From positions 77,624,001-77,688,000 of the forward strand of contig OZ024746.1 of NCBI GenBank assembly GCA_964016885.1: a stretch of 64,000 nucleotides of DNA. Direction: 5' to 3'. Of this stretch, positions 26,843 through 39,870 are shown piece after piece. The DNA comes from Eledone cirrhosa. Lineage: Eukaryota. Position 1 is the first letter of the stretch; each line of letters begins with the position of its first letter. The notes beneath the pieces were generated by a model, which saw only the letters and a program-made list of their open reading frames with translations, was not told the DNA's origin and made no database searches. Made by a program: the position numbers and the translations under genes.

Positions 26843-27825
26843 TGTCATTTGCTTACACTCTTGAAATCGACTGGAACTTTCTCAAATTCATAACTCGAAC
26901 ATCTACAACCTGAGGATCTCTCACACTGTCAAGGCATCTTTATCATCATCATCATCATCATCATCATCATAATTTTGTGAGTGCTTTTCCATTGATGTGT
27001 GGGTTGGCCTGGTCTTCCCAGCGCAGCCTTTCCCTCCACTTGTTGACTTCGTTTATCATCTCCTCTCTGAAGTTTAGCAATTTGATATCACCAGCTCTCA
27101 CTATCTCAGCAACTGCAATAAAATTTATATATATATCTAAGGAAAAGATGAAAAGAAAATGTGGAGTGGGTGAGGTTGGGGTGAGCAACATCATGTAATA
27201 GCAGACTTGGTACGGTTTTGGGGGCTGGATTTGATTTTACAGAGGGGCTGGGAGGTAGTGAGTAAGTCACACACCCTGCTCTCATGATGTTGTTAAATAT
27301 TAATGTTCCACAATAGTATGTGAACCCTAACTATCAGGGGGTGGGTGAAGGTAGGTGAATTAGGTACTTAGTAGGGTTCAATTGCTGATCCACTTGGAAG
27401 TAGGGTATGTGCCTCCACATATTTAGCCTGGCAAGGTTTTCACTGTTTATCGCACAACTGGAATGGCTTTCAACTCCACTGTTGCAGCCAGCATGAAATT
27501 CTCTTGGATCTCAAAGACATCAGATGGAAGCATGTCCGGAGTGTAGGGAGCCTGGCAAATGAATGAAACGCTTTTTTGTTTTTAACCAAGAATCCTTGGA
27601 TCAGCTCTGATGAATAAACTGAATCTCTGTTATGATACAGCTGCCAGTTTTGTGAAACCCATAGATCTGCACTCTTTGTAATGCAGGTACCAGCTACAAC
27701 TCCTTTTTGCCAAGTGAGTAGACTAAAGCAATGTGACATAAAGTTTCTTGACCCATTCCACCACCAGGAATTGAACTCAAGGTTTCACAATCTTGCACTG
27801 AACACCCTCACCACAGATGTTCAGT

Positions 27826-27890
<65 letters not shown>

Positions 27891-28114
27891 ACACACACAC
27901 ACAAAACAAAAGTCCGGAGCTCAGTCATCTGGGTCCTGATTTCTTTCATACATATATATATATATAAATATATATAAAGGTTAAACAAGGTTCAATGAAT
28001 AAATCAAAGAATGAGTTTTACAATAGATTGGAAGCACTCAACAGAAATGGTTTTCCGGAGTTATTAATATTAATTCAAAATATTAACAAAAATAGACATT
28101 CGTGTGATCAAGCA

Positions 28115-28181
28115 TATTTTATTATACATATTTCAGAGGTACCGAGCTATCTTCAACAGTACGTCCTCATCAGATAAAATA
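28115..28181 (-). ncRNA. Type I hammerhead ribozyme (left arm)
   Basis: Minus strand tattttat-CTGATGA-ggacgtactg..cggtacctct-GAAA-tatgta-TA-ataaaata; stem I is 8 Watson-Crick pairs. Confidence 0.78.
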
Positions 28182-28253
28182 AGATGATGCATGACATACC
28201 CTGACATCTGAATCTTAACCAACTACTATGTCAGGGTATGTCATGCATCATCT

Positions 28254-28320
28254 TATTTTATCTGATGAGGACGTACTGTTGAAGATAGCTCAGTACCTCT
28301 GAAATATGTATAATAGAATA
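28254..28320 (+). ncRNA. Type I hammerhead ribozyme (right arm)
   Basis: Stem I tattttat/atagaata; CTGATGA 28262-68; stem II gga.gtactg/cagtac.tct; GAAA 28301-04; self-complementary stem III atatgtat; AUA triplet, predicted cut after 28312. Confidence 0.78.
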
Positions 28321-28969
28321 TACTTGATCACACGAATGTCTATTTTTGTTAATATTTTGAATTAATATCATCATCATCATCATTTCATTTTACGTCCGCT
28401 TTTTCCCTGCTTGCAAGGGTATACACACACATACACACATTCATATGTATATATATATATACTTATACACACATACATATGTATATATATATATATATAT
28501 ATATCATCATCATCATCATTTTACTACTGGCTTCCATGCTGGCAAAAAAAACAAAAAAACAGACATACATATATTGCTACGCATTTGTAATTGCAAATAT
28601 TTATCACTTCATATGATCCCTAGTGCCCTTTCTCTCCTCTCCCTTGCTCAGTTCTGCTATCTGCCCCCCCCCCCCCCTCCTCAGTCACAGTAACAATGGC
28701 TGGTATGCAGAACACTTTTTTTTTTCTTTTTTTTCTCAAGCATATCTGCACTGTCAAATGCATTTACCTTTGAGAGACCTGCTGGAATTCCTCATTTGAG
28801 CCGCCTACCAAAGTGGTGAAGTGATGTAGTGCTGAAGGAAATGTTGTTTGAATATGTGATTTATATAAGTGCTGAGACAATTCAAGTAGCAACATAGTAA
28901 TTTCATAGGAATTCTTCTATCTCCTACTGGTAGTGGTGGTGGTGGTGGTGGTTATTGTTTCTTATATAT

Positions 28970-29420
28970 CTGGTCTCTCTTTTTCTCTCTCTTTGCCTAT
29001 GTCCTCTCTCTCTTTCTCTCTCTCTCCTACCCTCTATCTTTCTCTCTCTTCTACCCCCTCCCTTTCTCTCCTCCCCTCTCTCTTTCTCTCCTCCCCTCTC
29101 TCTTTCTCTCTCCTCTCTCTCTTTCTCTCCCTCCTCCTCTCTCTTTCTCTCTCTCTCTCACCCCCCCTCCCTTTCTCTCCTCCCCCCTCTCTTTCTCTCC
29201 CTCCTCTTCTCTCTCTCCTCCCCTCTCTCTTTCTCTCTCTCTCCTCCCTCTCCCTTTCTCTCTCTCCTACCTCTCCCTTTCTCTCTCTCCTACCCTCTCT
29301 CTTTCTCCCTCTCCTCCCTCTCTCTTTCTCCCTCTCCTACCCTCTCTCTAGTTCTCTCCTCCCCTCTCTCTAGTTCTCTCCTCCCCTCTCTCTAGTTCTC
29401 TCCTCCCTCTCTATCTCTCC
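28970..29420. repeat. About 450-bp polypyrimidine (CT-rich) tract
   Basis: Almost exclusively C and T on the + strand. Confidence 0.92.
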
Positions 29421-29804
29421 AACCACTCAACCTATATTCACCTTATGCAATAATGATAATAATATTAGTCAATATCCATCCTCTGACATGACCTGTATTC
29501 TCACCTGTGTGATTGCGCGCGCACGCACACACACACACACACACACAGATGTATAAATGCATGTGCATATGTATGTATGTATGTATGTATGCATGTATAT
29601 ATGTATGTATATATGTATGTGTATATATGGTCAGTTATAGAATAGATGTTTGCATGGTAAGTGATTCCTATAATCAGTTGTGTTTGCTAACATGTGCACA
29701 CTGCACTGCACATTTACATATATATCTGCACCCATCTAACTTCTACGCATACAATAAAACTGAATGTTGTCATAACTGCCATTAAAGGATACACACACAA
29801 ACAT

Positions 29805-29922
<118 letters not shown>

Positions 29923-30096
29923 TCACAAATCTTCAGCTCATGAAAAATTAACTCAAATGCGTGTGTATACAAGTTTGCAAGTGCAGTTGTGTGTATAGAG
30001 ATTCATGTATGTTTATTTGTGTTCAGCTGTATGTATAGAGAGTTGTGTATGTGTATATGTACATGTCTGTGTTTGCGTGTACTTGTGTATATGCAA

Positions 30097-30143
<47 letters not shown>

Positions 30144-30439
30144 GGGCAAGAAGTAGGTATCTGTGTTTGCATTATGTATCAGTGTGTGTGTGTGTGTATG
30201 TGTTTGTAACATGCATGTAATATATGTTACCCCTTGATATATGTATGTCATCATCATCATCATCATCTTATGTCCACTCTCCAGGGTTGGATGGGTTGTG
30301 GAAGAATGAGACAAGACAGATTAGACCTGTTCTTGCTCATTAGATTTCATCTTTAGCATGGTTTCTATAACCTTGACACTCTCCCTAATGCCAACCACAA
30401 CACGTGGGTGCATTTCATCATGGCACCATGTGTGACTGT

Positions 30440-30620
30440 TGGCAGCATTGGTAGAGAGTCAGACACTATGTTTTGGAACATAGAGCTATGGCCCTTTATG
30501 TTCTGAGTACAAATCTCGCCGAGGTTAACTTTGCCTTTCATTCTTACGGGGTCATTAAAATAAAGTACCAGTAATGCACTGGGAGTAATTGCTGGCCTTG
30601 TGCCAAAAGTAGAAACATTG
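30440..30620 (+). mobile_element. Family A SINE
   Basis: ttggcagcattggtagagagtcagac..gaggttaactttgcctttc..gtagaaaca. Confidence 0.88.
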
Positions 30621-30814
30621 TTATATATGGATGTATGTATATGATATATAATACATTTATGCACACTGTTGTGTGTGCGCGTATCTTTGTGTGTAAGGTC
30701 TGCTGAAAGACATGTAGATGTGTAACAAGCTTATAAGGCCATGGACAAAAGCATGCCATCACGTATGTATGTACAAGCATACATATATAGCTTATATGTT
30801 TGTATGTATGTATA

Positions 30815-31180
30815 CAAAGGGCGGAAGAACTTACAAGAGTCAACGGCCATCCAAAAGTGTGTAAATATGTATATACACATGTACCAGGCGGTTAAACCAC
30901 TGGGAGTGAAGGACACCTAGCCTTTGTCAGGGCATTCTTCTAGGAGAAGGCAACTCAGGAAACTGGGATTACTCCGATATAAAACCTGTGGGTCAGTAGT
31001 TACTGATGATGTTGATCTTTTCTTCTTTTCAGGTTATAGCTACTGTCACTCCGAGAGTGGGAATGGCTCAGTGCACAGTCTTTCCTCACTTTGCACAGGC
31101 ATTGCATGCATGATAGAATTAATTAATAATGGTATATCGTGCAATGGCCATACTCGATAACGAGGGGGGCAGCCATCATG
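30815..31180 (+). mobile_element. Diverged copy of the non-coding retroposon at 41348-41935
   Basis: Shares cctttgtca.ggca..ttctaggagaa, gatgttga..ttcttc and the terminus tactcga.aacgag..ggcagcca with 41348-41935. Confidence 0.65.
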
Positions 31181-31350
31181 TATGTATATATGTATGTATA
31201 TAAATATATCTCTTATGTATATGAATAAATGTCTCTTGTTGTCATTATGATGCACACTCACTCATATAAATATATATATATATATATATATTCACACGTA
31301 CAAATATATATGCATAATGTATTTAATCAGAGTGCTTGTGTACTGTGCAC

Positions 31351-31386
<36 letters not shown>

Positions 31387-31442
31387 TATACTTAAACATG
31401 CGTACATATATACATGTGTATATTTATGTGCATGTGTTTGTG

Positions 31443-31490
<48 letters not shown>

Positions 31491-31694
31491 CATAAACTTA
31501 AACATTCACACATATATGCATATGCATTTGTTGTGTATGTTTACGTATGTATGTATGTATGTGTGTGTGTGTGTATATATATATCTTTGTGTGTGTATGT
31601 GTGAATGTTCTCTAAGACACATTGTCTTACCATGTAAGATTAACTTCCCCTGTGATACTTCCTGCCAGTACTTCTCCCCCTCCTCTCATTAAAC

Positions 31695-31750
<56 letters not shown>

Positions 31751-32024
31751 CTGTCTGTGTGGGTTGGTGGTGGTTGTGTGTGTATATATGTATATAATAT
31801 ATATACATATGTATGTATGTATGTATGTATATATATACATGTACACAAACACATATACATACATACATATATGTATATAATATATATACATATGTATGTA
31901 TGTATGTATATGTGTTTGTGTACATGTATATATATACATACATATGTATGTATGTATGTATATGTGTTTGTGTACATGCATATATATATATACATACATA
32001 TGTGTGTGTGTATATGTGTTTGTG

Positions 32025-32064
<40 letters not shown>

Positions 32065-32420
32065 CATACATATGTGTGTGTGTACATGTATATATATATA
32101 TATATATATATACATACATACATATGTGTGTGTGTATGTATGCATATACCTACGAGGATGATACATACACGCACATATATGGAACACCCCTTTATTAATG
32201 ACATAATAGAATGGCTGTCATTTTAGTGCTCATAAATCTTACCTCATGTATTGTTGATGTTGTTGTTGTTATACTTATTATGGCTAATGTTATTGTTATG
32301 AATTTTATTATCCTCTTTGTTGTTGTTATTAGAAAATTATAAAGTAAAAGACAACACCCATTGTTAGCATTATTGTGGTATTTTGATAAATTTCTTAACT
32401 GTTGCCTTGCGTGTTTCTCT

Positions 32421-32485
<65 letters not shown>

Positions 32486-32593
32486 ACTGTGGTGGGGACA
32501 GAGAGAGAGAGACAAAGAGAGAGAGCGAGAGATGCAATTTGTAAACATTGTAGATATTTAAATTGGAATAGTTATAGGAAATCTGAATGTGTG

Positions 32594-32897
<304 letters not shown>

Positions 32898-33857
32898 ATA
32901 ATGATAATGATAATGATATATATATATATATATAAATATATCTATATATATCATACATACAAATGTGTATATGTACACACACATATAAACAAATACACAC
33001 ACACATCTCCGTGCTACATTTGTTGTAGAATTTGTGAACTTTTTATTTTTAGTTTTATTTTCTATTTATTTACATTTGCATCATATTTTTTCTTGAAAAT
33101 ATGTTAAGTAACAACAACCTTGCTTGAAGAAAAAGATTTTCTAAATATCTACATTCCCCCCTTTTTCCCCCTCATCCTCTTCCTGCTCTTCTTATCATCA
33201 TCATCATCAAGGATAATTTCCTTTCTAGTGATATTGCCTCTTGAACGTTTATTTGCAAAACATAGGTTGGTGCAAGAAATATTTAGAGGTGGGTAGGTGG
33301 GCCATATATCTTGATTTTATATATCATTTTAAAGAATTTCTTCCTGTTTAAATTATTCAGTATTTTCTAATGCAGGCTAATCTCTCTCTCTCTCTCATCT
33401 TTCTTTCTTCTACTATTTTTGCTGTTGTTGTTGTGTTGTTGTTGTTGTAACTTAGGCTATCTGTGCTGTCATAAATGACAGCCATTTTCAGTTCAAGCTT
33501 CAATTTCAATTTCCAATTCCTTACATGATATTTTTTTAAACTTATAATGTAAAAAAATATTTCATCATACCTTAGATTTAATAATTTATTTTTATTTGAT
33601 CTTTCTTTTTATTTGGACCTTTTTTTTCTTTGTCAGTCCTTTAAAATACCCTAGTTGTTGTAAGAAATATATATCAAAGAATTTAAAGGTGGAATTTTTT
33701 CTCTCCTTCTTTTCTTCATTCCCTTTTTAAATTTTTTTTTTCTTTCTAGAATTACATTATTTACCTGAATTAGATTTAGAAAATATAATCTTGCTTGATA
33801 GAATTATTTCCTCTTAGACAATATAATATCACATTTCTTTTTCACTGAAAGTTTACC

Positions 33858-34550
33858 TTAATTCTTTCACGACCATATTTCTTATGAAATACATTATATT
33901 TCAATTGATTAAAGGAGAATTTTGAAGGATTTACTAAGATTATTAATTATTTTATTACTAAGATAGTAACTTAACATATGATTCTTATATAAATTAACGG
34001 TGGAAAATTAAGATTTAAATTGGAAACCTTTTGGCTAGATTGATATCAAAAGAGTTAACCCTTTCATGGCTATAAGAAATACACTCTAGTTCAATTGATT
34101 AATAAAGACTTTCGAGCGATTTACTAAGATTAATTAATTCATTTGTGAAAGTGCATGGCTTAGTGGTTAGAGAATTGGATTCGCAATTGTGAGGTTGCGA
34201 GTTTGATTTCCGGACCGGGCGATGCATTATGTCCTTGAGCAAGACACTTTATTTCACGTTCCTCCCCACCTGCCAGGAGTTGCAACCAGTAAATAGTATT
34301 AACAATAGAAAGACCAATGGAAACATTGTTTCCATGGTCCAATTTAACAAGCTCCATCCCACTTGGTAAGGCAATGAGTTATGTGGTCTTGTCAATCCAT
34401 ACCTTATTAGATAATTCGTTACTAAGATATCTTAACATATCGTTCCTGTACAAAATTAAGTTGGAAGATTTAAATCTAAATAGAAACACTTTAAAACAAG
34501 TGTTTTTTTTTTCAAAGAACCACAGTTGGTTTTTGCCAGGTTGTTATCTA
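33858..34550 (+). mobile_element. Two tandem family 2 TTAA MITEs; the second is interrupted by a SINE (about 34150-34390)
   Basis: ttaattctttcacgaccatatttc..gatatcaaaagag-TTAA-ccctttcatggctat; the second copy repeats tcaattgattaa..gatttactaagatt and resumes after the SINE. Confidence 0.65.
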
Positions 34551-35811
34551 TAGGATTAAGAACACTAAGGAAATACATAGAGATACACTAGTTGTATTAT
34601 TGCAAAAAAAGTATTTATGAAAGCAATTATTAGTATTAATTTAAGATCCCCATTGTTCAGACTGATTGTGAGTTTTCACTGGGAATATTCTTCTTCAAGG
34701 TTCAAGATGTAGGCCTGGGCAAGGTGCATAGGTTTTATTTTTCACCTGGGGAAGACCAGCATGCATATCTCCTTTTCTCCACATCTCTGATGTTGTCAAA
34801 GATCGATACAGCTCAGCACTAGTGTGACATCTTGAGCTAACTGAGAATGGAAGGAACTGACACTCTAACAATTCTGGCAATCTTCTACCTTGGATTGCGT
34901 CATCATTTATCGACTTTGAAAGGATGAAAAATGGAGTTGACTTGGATAGGATTTGAACTGAGAGAGCAGGTAACTGGAACAAATATCGGGAAGCATTTTA
35001 ATTCCTCTCTTTCTCTCTCTACCAAGCATCCTCTCACTCCCTCCCATTTGCATCCCCCCCTCCTTCTCTTTTGCATCCCCCCAATCTCTCTGTTGTTGTA
35101 ATTACCAAAACAGACATCTCTCTCTTTCTCTCTCTCTTCTTTGTTGCATCCTCTCTTACTCTTTCCTTTTCTCTCCTTTTAGAAGTACCTCTTCACTTCT
35201 GCTATCTACTGAAGTAGACCTCTCTCCCCTTCCCTCCCTCCTCATTCCTCTCTCTCTCTCTTTCCCTCACACCCCATATCTCTCCCTCAACCCTCTCTCT
35301 CTCTCTCTCTCTCTCTTCCTCACTCCCCATATCTCTCACTCTGTCTCCATTTTATTCTCATACACACTCTCTCCTGTTAGAAGTACCTCTTCACTGCTGC
35401 TATCTACTGAAGTAGACCTCTCCCTCCCTCCCTCCTCTTTCTCCGTCCTTTGTATATCCCCCCCCCCTCTCTCTCTCTCTCTATCTTTCTCTCTCTTTTA
35501 AAGTACCTCTTCACTGCAGCTATCTGCCAAAGCAGACCTTCATTCAGTCAGGATATTAAAGGCTGTACTCCTGACATTCCTAGGAACCATGTGGTTCACT
35601 TTGACAGGCAACCATTTTTCAAGTTACATTGTAATAAGTTTTTGATCTATTACATCCTGTAAGACATGGAAGAGGTGAAGAAAGAAAGTATGAACGTATA
35701 TAGGCTGTTACTTTTCTCATATGATGTCTTTTGGTGTTAATTTCAATGTTAACAACATTGATTAAACTTTTCAAATATATTGTATTTTAAATTGAAAAAT
35801 ATTAAAAAGTC

Positions 35812-35869
<58 letters not shown>

Positions 35870-36109
35870 AGTCATACACACACAATGTGTATATATATAT
35901 ATATATATACATTGTGTGTGTATGACTGTTTATATATATATAATAATTTTTGTATGTGTGTGTGTTTATACACTTATATACATATATACACACATATTTA
36001 TGTATATATATATATATATACATAAATATATGTATATATGTATACATATATATGCATGTTTATATATGTATATATGCGTGTGTATATATATATAATGATG
36101 TGTAAGTAT

Positions 36110-36144
<35 letters not shown>

Positions 36145-37831
36145 ATGTATATATATAATGATGTGTAAGTAAATATAGAAACGTGTGTGTGTGTGTGTGC
36201 ATGTGTGTGTATATACACACGCGCATGCCATTGAAGGAAACATCAACAGTAACAACAACAACAGCCACAAATATTATTTGTTGACATGAAGTGTTTGCTA
36301 AATGTCTTCTGGTTCATTATATGGGTTACATCCAATAAAAATGGGGTAGGAATAAATATTATTAGCTTTTAGAAAACAATTATTTCTAGCCTTGCTCTAA
36401 AGAAATTTTCACATTATGTAACCTTCAGGGAGACCATGTATGTAAGTATGTACGTGTAGTATGTGTATTATGTACGTATATATATATATGCGTGTGTATG
36501 TATATGTGTGTGTGTTTATGTATGTATGACAGGAGAAGGATTGCAATCACAATATATTTGAGTTTCGTCATATTAAGTTTCTAACTGAAAGACACTACCT
36601 TATGGTTTTTCAAATAATTTGAAAAATAATCAATAATTTGATGCAGTTTAGTTTTATAATTAACTTTCTCATTATTAAACTTAACAAAGGAGGTTACATA
36701 AAATTATGATTGAATGTTTCTAGATAAATATAAACATTTTGAAATAAACTAAGAGCCAGTACCTAGATATTTAGTTCCCTGGGTTAACCCTTGACTCTTG
36801 TTGTTCTGACCAAACTAATAAAGTTAAGCCTGCATTTCCCACTGCACAGTTGACATTCATCCATGCCAAATTTTGTGGCATGTTATAGCACCATACAGCT
36901 TTCTATAAAAGTCCATTATCAATTCAATTGCCATTGCTTAGGTACCTTTCCAGAGATCCAGGTCACCAGGCACACATGACCCAGCCAGAGAATTCCTTCT
37001 CTATTTAAGACATATTTCATCTTCTCCAGATACAGCATAAAGAGTGTACAACATGGCCGCCTTTTACTAGATGAGTAGATTAGGGGAAGATGAAATATTG
37101 TGTCTTGTTTTAGGAATCAACACACCACCAAGAATCAAACTCACAATCTTGCAATAGTTAGCCAAACCCCCTAACCACTAAGTCATGTGCCTTCACTATA
37201 AATAAAATTAATACTGTTTCTGAAGTAAAAAGATCACATACTTGTGTATAACAGGACCCCATATGTCTATGTAAATGTTTTTGTAAACTTGTTAGCCATT
37301 AAAACTTCATTACAATATTCAGTTTCTCACGATGGTAAAGTATGTAAAACTATCGGATGGTTAGCATTTTGTGTAGAAGTACCACTTAATTTTATTCTAA
37401 TCTTGCCAATTGAAATGCATATTTTTAAGCTAGAAAAAATGTTCAGATAGTATGGATTCATGTATAATATGACACCCCCAGCCCTCCACCTTTTTAATTT
37501 GCTCTTAATTTTAATAGAAATTTTTTTTTGGGTATTATACACGAGATATAATAATCTATAAACTAGAAATAGCATTGATCCTGACCTGGCATTCTGTCTA
37601 GCAGAGAGTGTGTTGGATGGGGGTGGCTTGTTCATTTGTATATAATGTGTTAGCTTCTATAAATATTCATATTGATAATCTGGATTGTGCTATAGAAACA
37701 GTTTGAAAAGGTGGAAGGGCTGGCCAGTAGTGTGGGTATTAGTGTGGTGAATGTGTTACTGTGGAGAATGTGGTAAATGTGGTTGTGGTGTGTGTTAATG
37801 TGGTGGGTGGGTGTCAATGTGATAAATGTGT

Positions 37832-37864
<33 letters not shown>

Positions 37865-38048
37865 TGTTGCAGGGTGTGTGTGAATGTGGTGAGTGTATTA
37901 ATGTGCTATATACATTGGTGTGGTGGGTGTGTTAGTATTTGGTATAGAGATTAGTTTATCTATCAAAGTTCACATTGAATGACTCTGTTAATCTTTCAGA
38001 GTTCTTATTTTTTTTCTATTTATTCATTATGCTTGAAAATGTAGTGAG

Positions 38049-38119
<71 letters not shown>

Positions 38120-38188
38120 GTGAGTGAGTGAGAGTGAAGGACAATGTGTCTGTGCGAGTAAGAGAGTATCTATGAGAGATAGAGTGTC

Positions 38189-38234
<46 letters not shown>

Positions 38235-38525
38235 TGTCTGTGTGAGAGAGAGTCAATAAGGTTTACCAAGTGTTTGTGTGTTGTTTGTGTATTGGGTGTA
38301 TGTACACATGTATATGTAATGTGCACATGTGTGTGTAATGTGTGTGTCTAAGGTTTACCAAGTGTATGTAAAGCAGAGGAGTGAAGGTGATGGTGGGGGG
38401 TAGGGACAACAAGTAAATCAATCACACAGCTGTTGTATTTTATCATCATCAGTAGAAGCTTTGATAGCTTGTAACTTACTTTCTCAGATATGAAGATTTA
38501 GCTAGTAATAATGTTAATAATAACA

Positions 38526-38742
38526 ATGGTTTCTACTTTAGACACAAGGCCAGCAATTTGAAGGGGGGAGGGAGTCTATTAAATCAACCCCAGTGCCTTA
38601 CTGGTGCTTTATTTTATCGACCCCAGAAGGATGAAAACTAAAGCTAACCTTGGTGGGATTTGGACCCGGAACGTAAAGGGCCATAACTCTATTCTACTAA
38701 GCATAATGTCTGACGCTCTACCGACACTGCCAATCCACCACC
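38526..38742 (-). mobile_element. Family A SINE
   Basis: Head ggtggtggattggcagtgtcggtagagcgtcagac on the minus strand; core and tail present. Confidence 0.88.
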
Positions 38743-38747
38743 TTCAA

Positions 38748-39232
38748 TAATAATAATAATAATAATGATTTCTTTATTGGCCATAAGGGCTGACATTAAG
38801 AAAAACATTACAGAGGGCACAGGATGGTACAGGACGGTACGATGTGGGTCTTGTGCGTGTAAAGATTTTTATTATTTATATAAGAAAAGAAAAAGAAAAA
38901 AAGACATAGAAACATATATATATATATATAAACAATAAAAATGAAAATTGAAACAATGAAAAATTCCCCAATAGGGGGGAAACCTCCGAGGGTTACTCGT
39001 GGCGAAAACCACACAAAAGACTACGGCCACCCTGACCACCAGGGCAAGCGCCCTCTCTCAATTTTTTCCCATTCCTCAAACTACAAGCGCATATTCAGAG
39101 CGGTCCCGTTCAGTCGGACCATTCTTGCTACATTCACCCACCTTTCAACAAACTTGCTAGAAGACAGCACTTGTCTCTCAACCCTGATTTTCCTCTTCAA
39201 GTGAAACTTGAAAAAGGGATTTGCTGAAGAGA
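38748..39232 (-). mobile_element. L1/Tx1-like LINE 3' end (ORF2 C-terminus and 3' UTR)
   Basis: FFKFHLKRKIRVERQVLSSSKFVERWVNVARM* resembles Tx1-type C-termini; ~300-nt UTR with AATAAA (38773-38778) followed by (ATT)n. Confidence 0.65.
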
Positions 39233-39464
39233 ATAATAATAATAATAATAATAATAATAGTAATAGTAATTGTAATGGTAATAATGGCTTCTCATTTAGG
39301 CACAAGGCTTGACATTTGATCAAATCGACTCTAGTGAAGTACTGGTACTTTATTTTATTGACCCCGTAAGAATGAAAGGTAAAGCTAACCTCAGCAAGAT
39401 TTGAACTCAGAAGGTAACTACGTAACTACGCTGCAAAGCATTTTGTCTGACACCATTATGACCC

Positions 39465-39666
39465 TCATCATCATCATCATCACCGTTTTACGTTGATCCT
39501 TCCACGCTAGCATGGGTTAGACGGGTTGTCCTGTTGTGGGCAATGTTAGGTCGGCTGACTTTGTCTTGCTCATACTGGAACTGATTTTGGCTAAGGGTTC
39601 TCCTACATGGATATAAAGTAGTGGCTGTACTCGAAAACGAGTTGGCAGCCACCATATATATGTATG

Positions 39667-39719
<53 letters not shown>

Positions 39720-39870
39720 TTGATTTTTACAGCTGGATACCCTTCCTAACACCAACCTCATTTACAGTGAATGTTGGGTACTTTTCTTCCATGGCGCCTA
39801 CACGTCCACTTTACAGTGTGGGCCGGGTGCTTTTTTGTTGTGACATCTCCATGACCATTTTGCAGTGGGA
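39465..39870 (-). mobile_element. RTE-tailed SINE/UTR copy split by a short (TA)n-tailed insertion at 39593-39718
   Basis: The host sequence ggaactgattttggct|tgattt.tacagctggat is uninterrupted in the 18704-19048 copy. Confidence 0.8.

Larger units (their letters stand above)
28067..28368. mobile_element. Foldback element (141-bp arms, 20-bp spacer); probable Penelope-like pLTR pair
   Basis: 28067-28207 is the reverse complement of 28228-28368 with about 3 substitutions; each arm carries a hammerhead core. Confidence 0.88.

Noticed and set aside
27975-28066. EFYNRLEALNRNGFPELL resembling the PLE 'L..NGYP' motif beside the foldback
   Set aside because: Too short, and its position outside the left arm does not fit the expected ORF-pLTR order; unsupported without a search.
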